Of a stretch of 64,000 nt of DNA, positions 31,469 through 41,018 are shown in pieces. Position 1 is the stretch's first letter; each line of letters begins with the position of its first letter. The notes under the pieces were generated by a model, which was not told where the DNA came from, ran no database searches, and saw nothing but the letters and a program-made list of their open reading frames with translations. The DNA lies in NCBI GenBank assembly GCA_038212275.1, contig JBBQUR010000002.1, forward strand, positions 1 to 64,000, in the 5' to 3' direction. Source of the stretch: Planctomycetota bacterium (GTDB taxonomy: Bacteria > Planctomycetota > B15-G4). Made by a program: the position numbers and the translations under genes.

Positions 31469-32422
31469 ATGAGCCCGCCACCCAGCGACCCGGCCTCCCG
31501 CCCCCCATCCGCTGCCGCAGGTGACGGCCCCGGTCCGGGCCCGGACCCCGCAGCAGCCGCCCGCCTCGCGGAGCACGAGCGCCTCGCCGCCGCCCACCTG
31601 CGGGCCGTGGCGCGAGACCTCGTGCTGCCCAGCTTCGGCGGCCCGCTCGGCGACCACCAGTGGGTCAGCCACACGCAGGTGCACACCGCGGCCGACGCGG
31701 TGGCCGGCCAGGCGCTGCACGAGTTGTTCACGCAGAGCTTCCCGGGCCACGGCCTCGTGATCGAGGACCGCCCCACCCTCCCCGGCGACGGCGTGCATGA
31801 GTGGTACATCGATCCGATCGATGGCAGCGCGAACCATCTGCGCGGCATCCCCTACGTCTCGCTCACGGCCGGCCTCGTCATCGCTGGCGTGCCCGTCGTC
31901 GGCGTCGTGCACGACCTGATGCGCGACGTGACGCTGAGCGCGCATCGCGGTGGAGGCGCGTGGATCACGGACGCGCACGGCGCGCGCCGGCCGCTCGCCG
32001 TGTCCGCGATGTCGCGCCTCGACGACGCCATGCTCATCGCGCACCTCTCGCGCCGCGGCCCGCTGCTCTGCGTGCCCGGCGTGCTGCAGCACCTGCTCTG
32101 GAACGTGCGCAAGATCCGCTGCATGGGATCCATCGCGCTGGATCTCGCACTGCTGGCAGCCGGCGAGGCCGACCTGCTCGTGGTCGGTCGCGGCACGCCG
32201 CAGCGCATGCTCGACATCCTCGGCGGGCTGGTGGTGCTGGAGGAAGCGGGCGGCGCCGTGCGCACCGCGGCCGGCAAGCCGGTCTCGGCCACCACGCGCA
32301 CGCTGGTCGCCGGCGTGCCCGGGCTCGTGGACAAGTTCGTGGAGCTCATGCGCGACTTCGACCTGGAAGGCTGGCGCGGTGAACAAGCGCTGCGTCCGCC
32401 GCGGGGCGCGCGGCAGGCGTAG
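31469..32422 (+). CDS. Inositol monophosphatase family protein (divergent)
   Basis: WYIDPIDGSAN and RCMGSIALDLALLAAG; the canonical WD is replaced by LD. Confidence 0.85.
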   Translation: MSPPPSDPASRPPSAAAGDGPGPGPDPAAAARLAEHERLAAAHLRAVARDLVLPSFGGPLGDHQWVSHTQVHTAADAVAGQALHELFTQSFPGHGLVIEDRPTLPGDGVHEWYIDPIDGSANHLRGIPYVSLTAGLVIAGVPVVGVVHDLMRDVTLSAHRGGGAWITDAHGARRPLAVSAMSRLDDAMLIAHLSRRGPLLCVPGVLQHLLWNVRKIRCMGSIALDLALLAAGEADLLVVGRGTPQRMLDILGGLVVLEEAGGAVRTAAGKPVSATTRTLVAGVPGLVDKFVELMRDFDLEGWRGEQALRPPRGARQA

Positions 32423-32575
32423 GGCGCGGCTGCCGCTGTCGCCCGAGCTTCGCGGCAGCGACATCACCGACCACCCGCTCCGGACAGGAAGCCGACGCAA
32501 CGTCACCTGCCGGCCACGAGTCCTCGGATATCGTGGGCGCCGCTCGCTCGGGATGCGGGCCCGGAGAATCTCGAG

Positions 32576-35575
32576 ATGGCAGCCAACCGTGTCCTCCTTC
32601 CTGTTGTCGGCGGCCTCGTGCTCGTCGGCCTCGCCGCGTTCCTCATGCTGCGGGGCGACGTCGACGCATCGGGCGGCGAGGCGGCGGCCGTGCTTCGGCA
32701 GGACAGCGCCGCGAGCGCGACGGATGGCTCGCGCAACGCCGTCGCGCCGGCCACCGAGCGCACCAGCCTGCCGGCCGCGCTGCCTGCGAGCATCGCGCCC
32801 GTGGCCGCCGTGGTCTCCGTCGACAGATCCGCGCTGCCCGAATCCTTCCGCCGCTCGCTCGGCGTGCTCACCGGCCGCATCATCGATGCATCCGAAGCGC
32901 CAGTGCCGGGCATGACCGTCGAACTGGTCGGCGGCCGCAAGTCCATGGCGCTGCTCCCGCGCGACGCCCTGCTGACCGAGGGCGGCCTGGACTTCAACCC
33001 GATCGTCGGCAGCGCCGTCACCGGGCCGGACGGGCGCTTCCGCCTCGCGGATCTCGAGCCGCGCACCTTCGGCGGCCTGATCCTCGATCCGGGCGGCCCG
33101 CGCGCGCTGCTGCACGCGCTGGATACCTCGCCCGTCTCCGGCCAGGAGAAAGACCTCGGCGACATCAAGCTGCCCGCCACCGCCACGCTCAAGGGCCGCC
33201 TCGTGGACGAGCGCGGCGCCGCGATTTCCGGCGCGCGCGTGCGCGCCACCGAGCTGCCGATGGCCGGCATCCCCGGCATGGAGTCCGTCATCGGCTCCAT
33301 CGCGGATTTCCGCGCAGGCGGCGCGGTGCTCGTGCCCAGCAGCGCGCAGACGCTGGATCACGACGTGGTCTTCGCGCCCCCGGCCTCGCTGACGCGGCTG
33401 GAGAAGCACCTGCCGCTCCCCACCACGTACACCGACGCCACCGGCGCCTTCGTGCTGAACGGCGTGATCCCCGGCCTCGTGCTCGTCGCGGCCGACGACG
33501 GCGTGCACCTTCCGTTCGTGAAGGAGGGCGTGCCCACCGGCGCCGCGGGCGGCGAGCGTGACCTCGGCGCGCTGACCATGGGCGACGGCACAACGCTGCA
33601 CGGGCGCGTGATGAACGACAAGGGCGAGCCGGTGGCCGGCGCGGAGGTGTTGTCGGGCAATGCTCTCGGCATCGTGCCCGCGGCGCTGCTCAAGGGTCCG
33701 GTGAGCACCGACGCCGAGGGCCGCTTCGCCGTGAAGGGCCTGCGCGACGCCCTCGTGTGGACGGCCGCGCGCACCGACCGACGCAAGGAGTACTCCGCCT
33801 TCTCGACCGACGACCTCACGCGCGAGTTCGTGATCACGCTGCCCGCGCCGCGCACCCTGCACGTCACCGTGACGGACGGCAACGGCGTCATGGTCGGCAA
33901 TGCGCGCTTCTTCGGCCGCATCATCGAGGAATCGAAGATCCCGGACTTCCTCGTGCCGCCGCGCCCGCTGGATGAGCACGTCAAGCCCACCGCCGGACAG
34001 CCGGGCGCCTACACGCTCTCCGACCTGCAACCGGGCAAATGGGAGTTGGCCGTCAACGCGCCGGGCTTCGGTCTCGAGCGCGCGGAGGCCGACCTCAGCG
34101 CGGGCGACGGAAGCGTGGAGATCCGGCTCCCCGAGGGCCGCGCGCTGATCGTCAGGGTGGTGAAGGCGAGCGACGGCACGCCCGTCGAGCACGCGTTCGT
34201 GGCGGCCTACCAGGGCGAGAAGGAAAGCCCCGACACCGCCATGCGCACGGACGCCGACGGCCGCGCGCGATTCACCGCCCTGCGCGCCGGCGACGTGAAG
34301 CTGCAGGTCACCCACCCGGCGCTGGCCATCGCCGAGCAGAACGCGATCGTGCCGGGCACCGACGGCATCGCCGACGTGCCGGAGGTCCTCGTCGAGCTGA
34401 TGGCCGGCAGCTCGATCCTCGGCACCGTGCTCGAGAACGGCGGGCCGCCGCTCGAGCCGCTCATGATCGTGCTCGCCCCGCGCGACGGACCCGGCGACAG
34501 CGAGCTGCCGCGCGTCACCGTCAGCGACCTCGACGGCAACTTCCGCTTCGACCAGGTCGAGGGCGGCACCGTGCACCTCGAGGCGCGCTCGCGCAACGAC
34601 CTGCAGAGCGGCCTCATGCTCTTCGAGGCCTTCTTCAACTCGCCGCTCGCGCAGGAAACCGTGGAAGTGGCAGCAAACAGCGAGACGCGCGCGACCCTCG
34701 TCATCGGCGCGGCGCTCGCGGACGTGGACACCGGCTTCCTCGCCGGCCGCCTCGTCGTGAACGGACGCGCCGCCGCAGGGTGGAAGGTGCGCTCGTTCGG
34801 CGAGATCCGCCGCACGGCCGTGGTGGATGAAGGCGGACGCTTCGACCTCGGCCGCGTCGAGGCGGGAGAGGTCATGCTGGCCTTCAGTGCACCGGGCACG
34901 TCGCTCATGGAAGGGTCCACGGACACCCGCCAGGTGGCCCTGGTCAAGGACGAGCACAAGTTCGTGGAGTTGAGCTTCTCCACGGGCGGCATCCGCGGAC
35001 GGGTAACCTCGGCGCAGGACGGACACGGCATTCCCGGCGTGAAGCTGCGCGCCGTGGGCGACGGTCAGGCCAGCAACTGGTTCCGGGGATCGGGCGGCGT
35101 GAGCGGCCCCGACGGCAACTTCAATATCGAGACCATCTCGGCCGGCACCTACCGGATGACAGCAAGCGCCGACGGCTACGCCAACTCCAGCAGCGAAGCG
35201 TTCACCGTCACCGAACTGGCGGTCGTGAGCGGCATCGAGGTACGCCTCGCCAAGGCGCTGAACATCGCGGGCACGCTGTCACTGAGCAGCGGCGAGAAGC
35301 CGACCTGGATGTGGCTCGTGGCCGAGTCCGCGGACGGCACCACGCGCGACACGGCGCAGGTGGACCGCAAGACGGGCAAGTTCTCCTTCGACGGCCTCGC
35401 GCCGGGCGACTGGACGTTGACGCTGGCCACGAACCTCGACGACGACCTCGCGCCGCTGCCGATGCACTTCGACCACGACAGGACCGACCTCAAGCTCGTC
35501 TTCGATCCGGCGCCCGAGGACGCTGAGGCGGGGCAGACGCTGGAGGTCAAGGCCTTTAACGTCGAGATCAAGTAG
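32576..35575 (+). CDS. Large membrane-anchored protein with many carboxypeptidase-regulatory-like repeats
   Basis: N-terminal TM; repeated GR(V/L)....G.P.AGA.V...TD..GRF modules; 999 aa. Confidence 0.8.
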   Translation: MAANRVLLPVVGGLVLVGLAAFLMLRGDVDASGGEAAAVLRQDSAASATDGSRNAVAPATERTSLPAALPASIAPVAAVVSVDRSALPESFRRSLGVLTGRIIDASEAPVPGMTVELVGGRKSMALLPRDALLTEGGLDFNPIVGSAVTGPDGRFRLADLEPRTFGGLILDPGGPRALLHALDTSPVSGQEKDLGDIKLPATATLKGRLVDERGAAISGARVRATELPMAGIPGMESVIGSIADFRAGGAVLVPSSAQTLDHDVVFAPPASLTRLEKHLPLPTTYTDATGAFVLNGVIPGLVLVAADDGVHLPFVKEGVPTGAAGGERDLGALTMGDGTTLHGRVMNDKGEPVAGAEVLSGNALGIVPAALLKGPVSTDAEGRFAVKGLRDALVWTAARTDRRKEYSAFSTDDLTREFVITLPAPRTLHVTVTDGNGVMVGNARFFGRIIEESKIPDFLVPPRPLDEHVKPTAGQPGAYTLSDLQPGKWELAVNAPGFGLERAEADLSAGDGSVEIRLPEGRALIVRVVKASDGTPVEHAFVAAYQGEKESPDTAMRTDADGRARFTALRAGDVKLQVTHPALAIAEQNAIVPGTDGIADVPEVLVELMAGSSILGTVLENGGPPLEPLMIVLAPRDGPGDSELPRVTVSDLDGNFRFDQVEGGTVHLEARSRNDLQSGLMLFEAFFNSPLAQETVEVAANSETRATLVIGAALADVDTGFLAGRLVVNGRAAAGWKVRSFGEIRRTAVVDEGGRFDLGRVEAGEVMLAFSAPGTSLMEGSTDTRQVALVKDEHKFVELSFSTGGIRGRVTSAQDGHGIPGVKLRAVGDGQASNWFRGSGGVSGPDGNFNIETISAGTYRMTASADGYANSSSEAFTVTELAVVSGIEVRLAKALNIAGTLSLSSGEKPTWMWLVAESADGTTRDTAQVDRKTGKFSFDGLAPGDWTLTLATNLDDDLAPLPMHFDHDRTDLKLVFDPAPEDAEAGQTLEVKAFNVEIK

Positions 35576-35592
35576 CGGCGCGACGGACCGAC

Positions 35593-37437
35593 TCAGATCG
35601 GCTGCAGTCTCGGGAAGAGCCGGCGCAGCGCGTCGGAGAGCCACTGGTCGGAGCTTTCGTCCGCGGGCGGCGGGCCGTCGTCGTCACCACCGTCCCGGCG
35701 GTCGCGGCCGATGATCATGATGCGGGCGCGGGAGATGGCGTTGCGCGTGAGGTGACTGTCCACGCCCTCGATGCCCTCGGTCTCCGGGTCCACGTCGTGC
35801 AGCACGATGTGCACGCCCTGCACGCCCAGGAAATCCTGCTCGCCCACCTGGGGCGGTTCCACGCGGCGGATGTGCCGCTCGAAGAGCGCCTCGAGCACCG
35901 CCGTCACCTGCTGCGGCGTCACCGAGTCCTCGACGTAGAAGACGTCGATGCCTGCGCGAGACATGACCTCGAACAGAAAGCGGCGCAGGCGCGTGCCGAG
36001 CGCCGACTGGAAGGACTGGCCGAAGGTCATCGACGGCGGGCGGTCGCTCTCGGGGCGGTCGTCGTCGCGCGTGAGTCCCACGACCATCCAGCACTGCGGC
36101 ACGAGGAAGGTGCCCTCGCCGCGGTCACCGAAGCGCGGACGCGTTGAGGCGAGCAGGCGTTCGAGCGCGGTCACGGCGCGCGCCGCCTTGTCGCGCTCGT
36201 CCGCTTCGGACAGCACCTGGCCCGGGTCGCGCGCCACCAGGAAAAGCGCGCCCGGCACGCGCGTCAGCGGCACGCGGCAAGGAGGCATGAGGCCGGGCGG
36301 GATACCGACGAGCAGGTCGGCGTCCTCTGCATCGGGCAGCTTCTCCGAGACCACGAGTCGCCAGCCGGACGCCTCGATGGCGACGGCCTCGTCCTGCAGC
36401 GTGCGCGCCTCGGGGCCCGGCACCGCCCACAGCACGCGGCTGCGCTCGAAGGCCGGATCGAAGAGCCGCCGCCGCCGATTGAATTCGCCGATGGCGAGCA
36501 GCGCGCCGCCGGTGAACAACCACGCGGAGGTCCAGCCGTAGAGGCGCAGCAGCACGTCCGTCACCGGGAAGAGCTCCGCGCTCACCGACGCCGTCGGCGC
36601 CAGCGCGCACAGCAGCAGCAGCGACTCCAGCGCGAAGAGCCGGTGGCTGTCGCGGATGAGGTCTCCCAGCGGCGCGGTCTTTGCCGTGCCGTCCTTGCCG
36701 AAGGCGATGTTGAGCCACGGGCCGCCGGGCGGGTCCACCGCGCGCACCACCGACGGCAGCAGCGCCGCGAACGCCAGCGCCGCGATGCAGCCCGGCAGGC
36801 CGGCCGCATCATCGAGCAGCGCAAGCAGCGCCGTCACGGCGATCATCGAGCCGATGACGACGCCGGCGCGCGCCGCGACGCGCAGCCGCGTGCGCCCCTT
36901 GAGCACTTCGATCGTCCCGAGCACGATCGCTGGAAGCTGAACCGCAAGTCCCGCGAGCAGCGCCAGCCAGATGGCGCCGAGCAGCAGCACGTACGCCGTG
37001 CGCAGCCCCGGCACCTCGCGCAGCACGACGAGCAGCTCGCGCAGCAGGCCGCGCGCCGGATACAGCACCACCGCCGCCGCGCCGGTGACCAGCACCGCGC
37101 GCCGCAGCGTCGTGAAAGCGGGCAGACGCGGATGCCGGTCGGGGTGGAAGTCCAGGCCGAGACTCAGCACGAGCCGCCCGCGCAGATTCTGGATGCCGCG
37201 CAAGGCGAAGTCGAGCAGGCCGTGCGTGAGCGGCAGGTTGCGGTAGCGCACGACCGAGCAGCCGATCATGAACAGCAGCGGCAGCAGCAGCACCCAGGGA
37301 ATGTCGCCGACATCGTCCGCCGAGTGCTGTCCGAGGAACTCGATACCCAGCACCGCCACAGCCAGCACCAGCGCCTCCCACGGCGAGATGCGCCGGAAGA
37401 GTCGCGTGAGCGTCGGCGAGCGCAGGAGGCGGGACAT
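35593..37437 (-). CDS. Hypothetical multi-pass membrane protein with soluble C-terminal domain
   Basis: 614-aa ORF with several hydrophobic segments in the N-terminal half; no family recognised. Confidence 0.7.
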   Translation of the reverse strand: MSRLLRSPTLTRLFRRISPWEALVLAVAVLGIEFLGQHSADDVGDIPWVLLLPLLFMIGCSVVRYRNLPLTHGLLDFALRGIQNLRGRLVLSLGLDFHPDRHPRLPAFTTLRRAVLVTGAAAVVLYPARGLLRELLVVLREVPGLRTAYVLLLGAIWLALLAGLAVQLPAIVLGTIEVLKGRTRLRVAARAGVVIGSMIAVTALLALLDDAAGLPGCIAALAFAALLPSVVRAVDPPGGPWLNIAFGKDGTAKTAPLGDLIRDSHRLFALESLLLLCALAPTASVSAELFPVTDVLLRLYGWTSAWLFTGGALLAIGEFNRRRRLFDPAFERSRVLWAVPGPEARTLQDEAVAIEASGWRLVVSEKLPDAEDADLLVGIPPGLMPPCRVPLTRVPGALFLVARDPGQVLSEADERDKAARAVTALERLLASTRPRFGDRGEGTFLVPQCWMVVGLTRDDDRPESDRPPSMTFGQSFQSALGTRLRRFLFEVMSRAGIDVFYVEDSVTPQQVTAVLEALFERHIRRVEPPQVGEQDFLGVQGVHIVLHDVDPETEGIEGVDSHLTRNAISRARIMIIGRDRRDGGDDDGPPPADESSDQWLSDALRRLFPRLQPI

Positions 37438-37559
37438 CCCGACATCCTACCTGCGGTCTCGCAGGGCGGTCGAACGGCGGGGCCGTCAGCGCTAGAATCC
37501 CGGGGAGGCAGCTCGTGATCCGGGTTGCGCTCACGACCTCGGACCCGAGAACGGCCACG

Positions 37560-37886
37560 ATGCACGCAAGCGTATCCGACCAGTTGCTGAGCGACATCAC
37601 GCGGCGGATCGTCGACCGGTTTCATCCGCGGCGGATTCTTCTCTTCGGCAGTCGGGCACGTGGCGATGCGCGCACCGACAGCGACATCGACCTCTTCATC
37701 GAGATGGACTCTTCCAAGCGTCCCTCCGACCGGGCCATCGACGTGCTGGCGCTCTTCGGCCTGCGGCCGTGGTCGATGGACGTCCTCGTCTATACGCCTG
37801 ACGAAGTGAGACGCTCACGCGGCAACCCGGGTTCGCTCGTCGAGTCGATCGAGGCGGAAGGCCGCGTCCTTCATGAGCAGGCCTGA
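37560..37886 (+). CDS. Minimal nucleotidyltransferase (MNT) antitoxin
   Basis: LFGSRARGDARTDSDIDL (GS-x10-DxD) and DVLVYTPDE. Confidence 0.9.
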   Translation: MHASVSDQLLSDITRRIVDRFHPRRILLFGSRARGDARTDSDIDLFIEMDSSKRPSDRAIDVLALFGLRPWSMDVLVYTPDEVRRSRGNPGSLVESIEAEGRVLHEQA

Positions 37887-38273
37887 TCGCCCGGAAGACG
37901 CCGGCAGTCGTGCCTGGGTGCACAAGGCCGACAGCGACTTCCTCTGCATCGAGAACAACCTTGCCGCCGCCCACGTGCCGTGGGACGCCGTGGCGTTCCA
38001 CGCACTGCAGGGCGTGGAGAAGCTCCCAAGGCATTCCTCATCTCTCGGCGATTGAGTCCGACGCGCACGCACGACCTGGTGGCGTTGCTCGCATTGAGCG
38101 CCGAAGTGGCGCCCTCGCTCGCGGACTTTGAAGCGGATTGCGCGGAGCTCACGATCCGCGCGATCCGGTCGCGCTACCCGGACGATCGCGAAGAGGTCAC
38201 CGAGGACGACGCTCGATCGCTCGTCGCGAAGGCGCGGCGCATCCGCGAGGCGCTCCTTCACCTGTTGGCTTGA
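37873..38273 (+). pseudogene. HEPN-domain protein with a 1-nt frameshift
   Basis: One frame gives AFHALQGVEKL; another continues KAFL...RTHDL...SRYP. Junction CTCCCAAG at ~38023-38030. Confidence 0.8.
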
Positions 38274-38339
38274 TCCGCTGCTGCGCTGCCTTGAGCGCGC
38301 TGCGTCGCTGAGATCGCGAATCGCCGACCACCACGGACA

Positions 38340-38738
38340 TCACCTGTCGTCGGGGCGGCGGATCCAGACGGCGTCGTCGACGTCGATGAAGGCGGGAGCG
38401 ACGCGGGCGGCGGGCGCGCGGCCTGAGTGCGTGACGTGCAGGGAGCGCGGGTGTTCGCCGCCGCCCGGCTCGGGGTGCGCGGGGTCCACCATCGTGCGGA
38501 ACAGCTGCGCCACCGCGTCGTCGTCGTGCTGCAGGCGCCACGTCTCGTCGGCCGCCGGCACGAAGGCCGCGCTGGCCTCGATGATCTCTTGCTTGCTGAA
38601 CACGGACGCACGGCCCGCGACGCCGTTGCCTCAGGTACAGCCCAACGGATGGCCGTTCATCATCCAGAGCAGCTTCGGCTTGCGCGCCTCGTTCGCCGCG
38701 CGCAGGCCGTCGGCGAAACTCGCGTGCCAGCCGATGCG
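38340..38738 (-). pseudogene. Thioredoxin-like CxU selenoprotein candidate, truncated
   Basis: RIGWHASFADGLRAANEARKPKLLWMMNGHPLGCT-TGA(38633-38631)-GNGVAGRASVFSKQEII in one frame. No start codon upstream of the motif region before the stop at 38774. Confidence 0.6.
38601..38619 (-). promoter_or_regulatory. Candidate bacterial SECIS hairpin
   Basis: 11 nt after the TGA: stem CGCGGGC / GTCCGTG (two G-U pairs), loop CGTGC. Confidence 0.5.
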
Positions 38739-38806
38739 AGGCCGGCGCCGAGGGCGCGTGGCTCGACGACCTCAGCGTCGACCCCGCCGACGGCTGACAC
38801 CGCGCG

Positions 38807-40114
38807 TCACGGCGTGATCGCGCGCAGGCCGTTGCTTGCCGCGACGCCCTTCGGGCCGACCGGATCGACGATCCACTCCTGGAAGTAGAGCGCCAGTCCC
38901 GAAGGCAGGCCCACCGGCCAGGTGGTCGGCAGCGAGAGCGCGCCGCCGGCATTCGTGGGCAGGCCCGTAAGGAGGATGTCGGCCGCTGGCACCAGCGTGC
39001 CGCCCTTGAACGGCGCGCCGAGCTGCGTGAAGCCGATGAAGAGCGCCACGCTGGCGAGCGGTCGCGCCTGCGTGAGGTCGAGGCTCATCGGGTCGCCGCC
39101 GGCGAGCGCGCCGGTCCCCGTGAGCGACGGCAGGCCCGCCGTGCCCGCCAGCGCGAAGCCAAGGTCCGTCCACGGCGAGAGCGGCTTGATGCGCAGCACC
39201 TTGTTCGCGTTGATCACGGAGACGAAGAGGTCGCCCGCCGCGCTGAACGCGATGTCCTTCGTGGACAAGCCCGTGGCGAAGCCGGTGCCCACCGTGGTCT
39301 TGACGCCCGTGGAGCTCACGCGCACCAGCGTGCCGGCTCCGGTGTCGAGGACGTAGAGCTCCGTCCCGAAGGCGCCGCCCGGCGCGTACTCCACGCCGCC
39401 AAAGCCGGAGAACGACGCCAGCGCACCGATCGCGAGCGAGCCATCGGCGTTGTAGACGTAGAGCTTGTTGTCGCTGGCGCCGACGACGATGCGATCGTCC
39501 GGCGCGATGGTGATGTAGATCGGATTCACGGAGCCGGGCAGCGTCGCAAGGATCGTCGGCGTGCCGCCCGTCGAGGTCCAGATGCTGCGCGACTCGCCCG
39601 CCGTGAAGAGCAGCCGACCGGTGTGGTCGAACTTCATCTCGATGATGTTGGCCCAGTTCGACTCGAAGAGCGTGGCGACGGTGCCGTCGGGATGGATGGC
39701 GCTGAGACGACCGAGCACGTTGCCGACGATGAGACCGCCGACGAGCAACGAGCCGGGCACGCCGGAGATCGTGCCCGCGACGTCGAGCACGGTCGTGTCC
39801 GGATCGGGGATCGCCACGTTGCCGAGCGGCGTCACGGGCGAGCCGCCGACGCCGATGCGGTTGACGAATTGCGCCGTCGCGGACCCTGCCGCGACGGGGT
39901 CCCTGCCGGCGTAGAGCGCGCCGTCCGGGCCGAAGGAGAGCAGCACGGGATTGGGCACCGTCGCGTAGGTGCTGACCTGGAAGCCGGGCACGGATTGCGC
40001 GGACACGGCGCGCGGCGCGCCGAACAAGCCGGCCAGCAGCGTCGCGCAGGCGACCAGGCGGCGGGCAAGACGCGGAGACCGCGCCGTGAACGAGCGATGC
40101 ATGGGTCTGGACAT
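38807..40114 (-). CDS. Secreted beta-propeller-like protein plus shared C-terminal domain
   Basis: Signal peptide ending VSA-Q, repeated F.PDG.LY/F.blades, and C-terminal WTDLGFALAG...PFKGG...SNGLRAITP. Confidence 0.82.
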   Translation of the reverse strand: MSRPMHRSFTARSPRLARRLVACATLLAGLFGAPRAVSAQSVPGFQVSTYATVPNPVLLSFGPDGALYAGRDPVAAGSATAQFVNRIGVGGSPVTPLGNVAIPDPDTTVLDVAGTISGVPGSLLVGGLIVGNVLGRLSAIHPDGTVATLFESNWANIIEMKFDHTGRLLFTAGESRSIWTSTGGTPTILATLPGSVNPIYITIAPDDRIVVGASDNKLYVYNADGSLAIGALASFSGFGGVEYAPGGAFGTELYVLDTGAGTLVRVSSTGVKTTVGTGFATGLSTKDIAFSAAGDLFVSVINANKVLRIKPLSPWTDLGFALAGTAGLPSLTGTGALAGGDPMSLDLTQARPLASVALFIGFTQLGAPFKGGTLVPAADILLTGLPTNAGGALSLPTTWPVGLPSGLALYFQEWIVDPVGPKGVAASNGLRAITP

Positions 40115-40283
40115 GACGGGAATCTCCTGGTCAGGGTCGAGCGGAAGCCGGCGGACCGGATCGCGGTCGAAGACCGCACGCCGGAGCCCGTTGAAGCCGG
40201 CAACTCCTGAATCGGGATCGCTGCGCCCGCGTGACCCCGCATGCGTCGTGCGGCAGCGGCGCACCGCTATCATGCGCGCCACC

Positions 40284-40949
40284 ATGCGATACCGTGCGCT
40301 GCTCCTCGACCTTGACGGCACCCTCGTGGATGCCTCCGCGCCCATCGCGGACGGGATCCTCGCGCTGGCCGCGCGGCACGGGCTGGCCGTCCCGGATCGG
40401 GAGTGGGCGCTGGCGCGCATCGGCGGTTCGCCGCAGGACACGTGGCGGCTGCTCGGGGCACGCGACCCGGATGCGCTCGTCGCCGAGTTCCGCGCGGAGT
40501 ACATGGCCGACCTGCCGGCGCGCACGCTGGTGCTGCCGCGCGCGCGGGAGACGCTGATCGCGCTGCACGGTCACGGCTTCCGCATGGCGCTGGCGAGCAC
40601 GCGCGCCACGGACAGCGCGGTGGCGACGCTCGCCCACGCCGGCATGCTGGACCTGCTCGAGCACGTGCTCGGCGGCGACCTCGTCGCAAGGCACAAGCCC
40701 GCGCCCGACGTGATTCAACTCGCGCTGAAGCGAATGGGCCTCGCCCCGCACGAAGCGCTCATGATCGGCGACACCACGAACGACGTCGGTGCCGCGCACG
40801 CGGCCGGCCTCCCGTGCTGGGCCGTGCTGGGCGGCACGCACGACGAAGCCACGTTGCGCGCGGCCGGCGCGGACTCCATCCTGTCCGGCATCGCGGCGCT
40901 GCCCGCGGCACTGGGCCTCGGCAGGCCTCCCGGTCACGTCCACCCCTGA
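40284..40949 (+). CDS. HAD-family phosphatase (phosphoglycolate phosphatase-like)
   Basis: LLDLDGTLVD, HKPAPD and MIGDTTND. Confidence 0.92.
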   Translation: MRYRALLLDLDGTLVDASAPIADGILALAARHGLAVPDREWALARIGGSPQDTWRLLGARDPDALVAEFRAEYMADLPARTLVLPRARETLIALHGHGFRMALASTRATDSAVATLAHAGMLDLLEHVLGGDLVARHKPAPDVIQLALKRMGLAPHEALMIGDTTNDVGAAHAAGLPCWAVLGGTHDEATLRAAGADSILSGIAALPAALGLGRPPGHVHP

Positions 40950-41018
40950 GTCGTCACGACGGGGCAGAGGAACAGCGACGCAGCGGGTCACGCCCGACGC
41001 GTTCGGGCGGCGCCCAGG

